A stretch of DNA of 64,000 nt, taken from Anthoceros angustus. Taxonomy: Eukaryota > Plantae > Anthocerotophyta. The position numbers and the translations under genes are program-made. Position 1 is the stretch's first letter; each line of letters starts with the position of its first letter. The DNA is taken from assembly GCA_010909165.1 (NCBI GenBank), contig MU008172.1:868001-932000 (forward strand), in the 5' to 3' direction. Of this stretch, positions 56,264-64,000 are shown piece by piece. A model generated the notes under the pieces. That model worked only from the letters and a program-made list of their open reading frames with translations, had not been told where the DNA came from and ran no database searches.

Positions 56264-56869
56264 GCAAGTAGCACAAGCTCATGTGCAATACGTGCACGCT
56301 AGGCGTGTCCGTAAAAGGGACCCGATCCTCACCATGTCTGAATGTTCGAATGAGGTGATGTTTTCTCTTACCCATTTCTGTACTGCAATTTTTCTTGTTT
56401 GTTCAACAACTATGAAATAGGCGGCTGTCCAAGTGTGTTATTCATTCCAGCAATGTTTTATATGTAAACTAGATGAAGCTATATATATCAACTTGTTCAC
56501 ATAGTTGCAAACCTAGTTCAGCATATCCTAGAAAAACAAAGTAATATATAAAATTTTTAATTTAGTTTCAATATATAGTATAGTATAGTATATTATATAT
56601 AAATATTTAGATGATATAGATATCTATTGATAAGGTAAATATTATATTGCTAATAATATGTCATCTAGTTGATATTGATATTATTTGATATGATCTCAGA
56701 GCTTGTTATTGGATGGAGGATAGGCATGAAATATATACTTAAGTAGTCTAGATTAATTCTCTTTAAAATTTTCTGCTTTGAAAAATCTCTCACTAAATCC
56801 ATTACCAATCTAGGTACTCATTCTAATCCCTAAAAAAATTTTCATCTCAATCTGCTGGGCGGTAGTTCT

Positions 56870-57170
56870 TGTTACCCAAGTCAATAAGAAAAAAACAAAA
56901 GATGATAAAAGATGTTAAAAATCCTCGAAATTGGATAGATTTTGTGATACTTCGCACCGCATTGACCAGTGGAAAATGGACCTTGATGCAAAAGATAGTT
57001 AGTGTTGTCCAAGTCAATAAGAAATAAACAAAGATCCTCGGAATTGGATAGGTTCTGTGATACTTCATACCTCATTGGCCAGTGAAAAATGGATCTCGAT
57101 GCAAAAGCTGATGGAGGGAGACTTCACACCTCATTAGCTAGTGGAAAATGGATGTTGACGTAAAAGCTTA
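56870..57170. repeat. Degenerate intergenic repeats (three ~50-bp copies plus two CCAAGTCAATAAGAAA), possible MITE remnant
   Basis: ACTTC.CACC.CATT..CCAGTG.AAAATGGA...GA.GCAAAAG at ~56950, ~57062 and ~57121. Confidence 0.6.
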
Positions 57171-57611
57171 TGGAGGAGAGACGTTGCTACCAACATAGGC
57201 TAAATTAGGTACCTCATTCGACATCCCAAAACACTAGGTATCAATTTCATACAGCTACCTGGTTACAGAAGGAGCTTCAATGAGAGCTTAGGTACTGAAA
57301 ATTCATCGGTTACCCAATCTAGGTGTTTTTCAAGTGTTCACTGTGGCCGAACACGGCAACTTTACAAGGCAACGTGGATGTTTTTTTTTCAATATATGCG
57401 TGTGATCTAAGTTAGGTGGGCACACATGGAGGTAGTGGTGATGCAGCAGGAGCGGACTAGGTTCATTATGAGCAGTTAAGTAGGCAGGAGGTAGGAGCCC
57501 CTCCAGCCGGTGTTGGGGAACTATCAACGGCTCTGGCTCTGGTTTTGGCTCTGGCTGCGGCGCCGGATCCGGCCCCGGCTCGGTTCGGACCGGCCCGGTC
57601 CGGCACGGGCC

Positions 57612-59513
57612 ATGGAAGTGGAATTCCATCCAGCAGCGGCTATGGCCGTCGTGGCGCCCGCATGGGCGGGCGGCCGCGGCAGCCTGCTTGATTCCCATGG
57701 CGCGCTCGTCGGCTGCCGGAGTGTCAGCCAATCAGGGGGCCGGGAGCTGTGGATGGAACCTGGTCCTGTGCATGTCGTCACGCAAGCATCGCAGTTGCCC
57801 GCTGCTTTCCTCAACCCGGATCCTCGTCACCCCCTCACCATCGGCTTCGATTGCGAGGGCGTCGACCTTTGTCGCCACGGGCGTCTGTGCATCATGCAGG
57901 TGTCTCACTTGCTGACCCTTTTTCCTTTGCGACAACCTCAATTTGCTGCTTGCTGGCACCGCAGATCTGCAATTCGTGCAGGCCCGTCCGCCGCTGCCTG
58001 GAAAGCTCATGTGGAATTGGCTCTGCAGCTGGCGCTCTCGGATGGTGTCTACTTGGTGGATGCCGTGGAAGGCGGCGACGCGCTGATGCAAGCTTGCAAG
58101 CTGGGGTTGGAGTCACCGCATGTTACCAAAGTTGTGCATGATTGCAAACGTGACAGCGAGGTTTGTTTCCGGAGCCTGTTGCCATTGGATCTGTTGTGCG
58201 CCAACTTTAGTGTGAAAAGCACATAGAATTGAAGATGCCGCAAGACTCCAACTGGTCTTGGAGTTCACACCAGCTTCTACCTTGGTTGCAGGCTCTTTAT
58301 TTCCAGTACGGGATCCGGTTGAACAATGTGTTTGATACGCAGGTAGACTTTGAGGCACCTCGAGATCTGTCTTTTGAACAGCGTTGTGGATGCCAACAGC
58401 TTAACCCTTGCTGTGGCACTGTCTCAATTGGTGCAGATTGCGTACACTCTTATCGAAGAACAAAATGGGAAAAAGTGGATTCCGGACGACTACATCTCGT
58501 TCGTTGGTCTTCTTGCAGATGAAAGATACTGTGGTATGTGCCGCCACCTTCAGCGTCCCGTTGAAAGACCCCTCCTTTCTCTGAATACTGCTGCTTGAGC
58601 GGGTCATAAGGGTTTAAACGCATCTGTTTTTTCTTGGTCCTTGTTCAGGAGTCAAGTACTGTGAGAAGGAAGAAGTTCGAACGCTTCTAAGAAAGGTGAG
58701 CAGTGAGAGAGAAACTTGAACGGGCCCATGAGTTCAATTCCAGAAGAGAGTACAAGAGTTTGCTGCGAGTTATGACAGTGTGGTGTTGTCTCGGCAGGAT
58801 CCTCTGTTTTGGACTCACAGACCCTGGACCGAAATGATGAAGCGTGTGGCATCCGACGATGTCCGGTTTCTTCCTAGGATTTACCATAAGATGGCTGAAA
58901 AGCTGGGGTCAAACAGTGTGTCCCAACTGTATATCAGAGGAGCACTGTATTGCCGTTGTTTCTGTGCGGGCAATGATGGATTTACAGGATGGCCGCGTCT
59001 ACCCAGTTATCCAGGTACCCCTGGGTTTCAATGGCTGCCCTAGGGCTTCCTGCGTTGCCCGTATTTGTGGCTTGTCCCTGATACTATGCTTTGCAGACCA
59101 TCCGAAATTGGACGAGAACGCCCAAGAAGAAGTTCTGGCAGTTGTTGATGTTCCACAAGGCAAAATGGGTCGCATCATCGGAAAGAAAGGGGCATCCATC
59201 CTGTCCATCAAGGAGTCATGCCGGTATGCACACCTGCTGGAAGTAATGACTTTGTCCCTTTGCCTCCTTGAGCGGGATGCTGAGTGCGCTTCTTGGTGTG
59301 GAATATTCACTTGCAGGGCAGACATTTTCATCGGTGGAGCTAAGGGTCCTCCAGACAAGGTAAGTCTCTCTTGCTGTGCTTCTGCAGCACCTTCACACAC
59401 AATGCTGTTGGGTGGGAATAAATGGAGTAGCACTGTGAACGCAGATTTTCGTCATAGGACTCACCAAGGAAGTGCGGAAAGCGGAAGCTATCATTCGAGG
59501 AAAGATCCTGTAG
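57612..59513 (+). CDS. DEDDy 3'-5' exonuclease + KH-domain protein (EXD1/Egalitarian-like), multi-exon
   Basis: IGFDCEGVDLCRHGRLCIMQ, KVVHDCKRDSE, NNVFDTQ, YISFVGLLADERYCG, FWTHRPWTEMMKRVASDDVRFL, KH: VDVPQGKMGRIIGKKGASILSIKESC; TAG 59511-59513. Confidence 0.92.
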
Positions 59514-60436
59514 CTTCACATGGTGTGGCATCTTGGGGGTTTGGTACTTTGTTATTTAAAGTGCGTAAAGGGTAGTGATCTAGCATCCCAGAAGTGCGGG
59601 AAAGGTTGGCAGTGCTGTAGTAAATGTGTCAAGTACGAGCGCATGCCTGTCCAACGAGGTTAGGCTTGTTTTTTAATTTGGCGTCCCTGCCCCCTATTCG
59701 TCTACTTGCTCTCCAAGGATGCATGTACATATTGCCAGCGATCGAGACTTGGGTTGGCCGAGCAATGATATCTATCTACTGCCAAATCAGTTGGTGCTGC
59801 TGCCTTGAAGAAAGGCACTGAACATCCGGAGGCCCGGACGCGAATGAGCTATCACACTCATGCCTGATGAGTACATGCTGTGCAAACATGCGCAGGCAGC
59901 AGGAACTGTGACTGGGTGTGTACTATACTGGTGTGTGGCCGCAGTTCACATGCGTGTAAGGAAGGCCCGTCAGGATGCTGGAATGCTGGCCCGCTCGCGT
60001 CTCTTTCCTAGCCAATAACACGTCGTGTGGCAGGCTGCGGGAAGGCCTGGGTCCCCTGGCCGCAATGTGAATGAGAAGGCGGAAGCAAGGCAATTGCAAG
60101 CCCCCTCCTCGTCGGTGGCGGAAGACCAAGCTGGTAAGAGACGAGGCTTTTAGCTGACGCGGCCTCAGCCTTCCTCTATTCCCAATGCACAAACGTGCGG
60201 TCAGGTACGGGGGGCCTGGAAAGTCAGCAGCATTGCTGGGCAGCACAAGCCGGGCCCGCTGCCCTCAGCTGCCTGCGTCTTCGCACGAGCCCAACCGTCC
60301 GCCCCCGCCCTGAGCTCTCTCATCAACAGCGCTCCAGGCGCGCCGCCCATCTGTGAATGCGGATAAGCTGCGGTGCCCTCCCAAACATCTTCTTCATGAC
60401 ACAGCTGCGCGCCTGGGGCGTCAGTCACAACACGCA

Positions 60437-63400
60437 ATGGATCGACGGAGGGAGTTCCTGCTTCTGCTCCTGCTTCGCATCCTCGTCTGCCTCCCTCTCC
60501 TGGGACATTCCGCTGCCCAACCTGGTCAGTGCAAGTTGTCACACATTTGGTTACGCTCAGCTTTCTCACAAGCTTCTCAGACAGCCTCGGCCTGCAGGGT
60601 TCTTGAGTCTGGACTGTGGGGCGGCCGAGAGTTATGTGGATCCGACCACCACTATTTCATGGCTCCCTGACACGGGCTATGTTTCCTCCGGCTCCACCGC
60701 CCACGTGGCCGTCGATTCCCCGGCCCCCTACACAAGCACATTGCGCTACTTCGCTTCACCCAACCAAAGCAAGAATTGCTACACTCTGGGACCTGTGAGA
60801 CCACTGCATTTTGCTGCCAATGCAGTGCAGCCCAAGCCCCGCAATTTTGTCAGCTCCAAGGGTTGGGTGCTGGGTGCCAGGTGGTGACTGACTTCACTGA
60901 CTGCATTCTGCAGGTGAATTTGGCAGCCAGGTACCTCATCAGAGCCACTTTCTTACACGGCCGCTACGACGGAGCAGATGTGTACCCAGTTTTCGACCTC
61001 TCCCTGGATGCCACCCTGTGGGCCACGATCCAGATTGTGAATGCATCGCTCACCTACTTTGAGGAAATTATAGCTATTGCCAAGACCACTTCCTTCGCAG
61101 TCTGCCTCATGCAGCGGTCTGTGGGAGTGCCCTTCATTTCTGCCTTGGAGTTGCGCCCTCTGCTGGGGGCCATGTATGCACGGGACTATGAGGCCTACGC
61201 TCACCTTAAGTACACCACTCGCATCAACTTCGGAGCTCGGTCACCAAACCCTGTGCGGTAACACCCCCGAGAATGCCCTCCATAGCCAGCAGCACAATTA
61301 TGAGGATTGTCGGACCCAATTGGAGTCGTGGACATTTTACAAGTCGTACTAATCTCTTCCCTTTGCTTCTCAGGTTTCCTGACGACCCTGTCGACCGCAT
61401 TTGGCTGTCTGATATGGTGCCAGGAGCTGTCCAAAATGAAGCCTTTGGAACCTACGCTGTGAGCACAAACAGGACGGTGGACGTGGGAGTATCGTCTATT
61501 GCGGCTCAGGACAGGCCCCCTGTCAAGGTCATGCAAACGGCTGTTGTTGGGGGAGAGAATAAGCTCTTTTTTGGCATCTATCTGCCGGGTTTCCCAGCCT
61601 CCGCATATGCTTCTGCTTACTTTGCAGAGATTGTCGACTTACCAGCGGGCGAAAAACGGGAATTCACCTTCTCCTTGCTGGGTGGTGACCCCTCTTTGAA
61701 TAATTTTTCCGTCAATCTTGAGAAAAATCAAGGAAGTTATGTGGCCTGGGAGCCGGGATTTGACAATGTCAGCCTTCCTCAGCTGCTGCAGTTCGAATTC
61801 ACATCCACTCCCTCCTCCAACGTCGGGCCCATCTTGAATGCATTGGAGATCCTCAAAATCGTGCCTATTGTTGCCCCCACATTGGATGTAGACGGTGAGC
61901 ACCTGCTTTGTAGCAAGTTTCTGCATGTATTTGACCACTGCTGATCTCGACGCTTGAACTTGGCAGAGGCAGGACTTCTAGAGCTTAGGTCACTTCTAGG
62001 GGAGGTTTGGGAGGGGGACCCTTGTTTACCGATGCCATGGAACTGGGTCGTTTGCAGCTCTACTTCACCACCCCGTGTGACGGATATGTAAGAGCAGCCG
62101 CCCCTTGGGTCCCTTTGAAAAAACTTCTTCCTTGTCAGTCCTGAGCAGCAGCCTCACAACTGGACCTGTAATATCACAGCTACCTCTCAGGAAAGAACCT
62201 AACAGGCCAGATACCCGGAGGCATCTCTCAAATGGCAAGCCTCGTCAATCTGTATGCCCACTGAACCTCAAATTCAGTTGATTTCCAGTTTGGCTTCATT
62301 TCAATGCCTCTGAACATATTACCCATTGTTGCAGCTGGCTGGATAACAATCATCTTACCGGGCCCTTGCCAGACTTGTCTCAGCTGACCAATCTAACAAC
62401 ACTGTAGGTACTCAGTGCTTGCTTTCCCTGGGAGACTTCATTGCCGATGCTTTCGAAACTGCTTGGTTGGTGGGGGGCCTCTTTGTCGAATGTAACTGTC
62501 ACTCCTGCTGTGTTGTTGCAGACATGTCCAGAATAACAGCTTAAGTGGAAGTTTACCACAATCACTTGTGGCTCTGAGTAGATTAAAAGAATTGTAAGCT
62601 TTTACAGGTGCTGAAGTTGGATATCTAGACTGCTTCAAACTTACAAGTTTGTTCCCCCTCCTCAGGCTGTACAAAAAAAAATTTGTCTGATGTAACGACG
62701 TGGTATGTCCAGGTTTGTTCAGAACAACGATTTCAAGGGAACGATCCCACCCGATCTTCTGAGAAAACAAAATCTGAACTTTCTGTGAGTTCCCTTGAAG
62801 CTGATAAACCCTCTGGCCTAGACCCCTTGTGCGGTCGGCCTCTTATCTCTCACTCCACTTCCCAAAACTCTTTTGCAGATGACTGAGCTCATGACTTGTC
62901 TTATGATCCTGGTTGAAATTCTAAAGGTACGATGGTAATTCAAGATTGTGTGCCTCTGGGTGCTCAAAGTCATCGGCTGGAGTTTTGGTGAAAGCAATCG
63001 CTGGGGGAATTGCCGGAGGTCTTGTAGTGCTGGTTGCAGCTATTGCGTTCTACTTTGTCTACATGAGATCACGAAAGAAGAAGCAAGCACACGTAGAAGA
63101 ATCTCTCAAGGGTAGCCATTCACGTTGTTCTTTCCTACGCTTGGATCTCAGCGCTATGGTATTTCTTCTTACATGACGTTCCCGTTGTATATGGACAGAT
63201 CCCCTAAATGATGCAACATCAACATCAACCTTTGCATCAGCATCAGCATCAGCAACAACAACCTCAGCATCAGCCATGTCAGTGGAACGGTTCGGTCAGG
63301 ATGAAGATGGCGCGCAAGCACGTCAGTTTACACGGCAAGAGCTGACTGAGGCCACCGACCGGTACAGAAGGAAAATAGGGCAGGGCGGGTTCGGGCTCGT

Positions 63401-63720
63401 GTACTATGGCAGGTTAAAGGAAGGACAGGAAATTGCTGTGAAAGTTCTGGCTGCTGACTCCCGGCAGGGAGCCAAGGAGTTCTTCAACGAGGTAAGCGCA
63501 CCATGAGCTTCCACTCCGTGTGGCTTGCGTAAATTCTGCTTCAGCAACTGTATGTTGATTAGACACACGTCTCGTTAACACCATGTGTTTCAGGTTGCCT
63601 TGCTTTCCAGGGTGCACCACAGGTGCTTGGTATCTCTCTTGGGGTACTGCAGGGATGACAAAGAGAGTATGCTTGTGTACGAGTTCATGCAGAATGGGAC
63701 CTTGAAGGATCATCTTTGTG
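60437..63720 (+). CDS. Malectin-like/LRR receptor-like kinase (LRR-I type); the kinase domain is incomplete in this window
   Basis: Signal peptide; FLSLDCG; [14 protein letters not shown]; [11 protein letters not shown]; [11 protein letters not shown]; PVKVMQTA; GPILNALEI; [15 protein letters not shown]; LRR exons; TM segment; [49 protein letters not shown]. Confidence 0.93.
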
Positions 63721-63740
63721 GTACGACAGGCTGTGACGCT

Positions 63741-64000
63741 GTCAATCTTGAGAAAAATCAAGGAAGTTATGTGGCCTGGGGCCGGGATTTGACAATGTCA
63801 GCCTTCCTCAGCTGCTGCAGTTCGAATTCACATCCACTCCCTCCTCCAACGTCGGGCCCATCTTGAATGCATTGGAGATCCTCAAAATCGTGCCTATTGT
63901 TGCCCTATTGTTGGATGTAGACGGTGAGCACCTGCTTTGTAGCAAGTTTCTGCATGTATTTGACCACTGCTGATCTCGACGCTTGAACTTGGCAGAGGCA
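63741..64000 (+). repeat. Second copy of RLK exon sequence 61711-61971 (offset 2,030 bp) inside the RLK kinase intron
   Basis: GTCAATCTTGAGAAAAATCAAGGAAGTTATG...GAACTTGGCAGAGGCA is nearly identical, with a 1-nt deletion and a small substitution block. Confidence 0.92.

Overview
Eukaryotic nuclear DNA from a land plant. The short GT-AG introns (about 80-120 nt), compact GC-rich genes, PLS-type PPR gene and malectin/LRR receptor kinase suggest a non-seed plant, possibly a hornwort (low-confidence inference). No rRNA, tRNA or CRISPR array was seen. Three host gene blocks: 1-7.3 kb (PPR, polyprenol reductase, RCC1-repeat protein, orphan ORF); 24.5-29 kb (coproporphyrinogen oxidase, TraB-like protein); 52-64 kb (GT8/PGSIP8-like, SRPBCC, exonuclease-KH, malectin-LRR-RLK). 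Two nested transposon blocks lie between them. Block 1 (8.5-22 kb) holds a spliced Crypton-like tyrosine recombinase gene, split by an exactly delimited 5,000-bp TG...CA insertion with a 5-bp TSD. Block 2 (31.9-49.1 kb) holds an LTR-retrotransposon gag gene, split by an 11.9-kb DNA transposon with 17-bp perfect terminal inverted repeats and a 4-bp TSD. That transposon is the main discovery. Besides a Sola-like DDD/E transposase, it carries a large ParB/Srx-like + beta-class (N6A/N4C) DNA methyltransferase gene ending in a Cys-rich PHD-like segment, and a convergent ORF with a candidate 2OG-Fe(II) dioxygenase (AlkB-like) motif set. It may therefore be a mobile writer/eraser DNA-modification module. 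Three decayed RLE-type (CRE-like) LINE 3' ends are also present. The repeat regions show many 1-nt deletions and imperfect tandem duplications that may partly be assembly error, so the proteins there are manual reconstructions across frameshifts.
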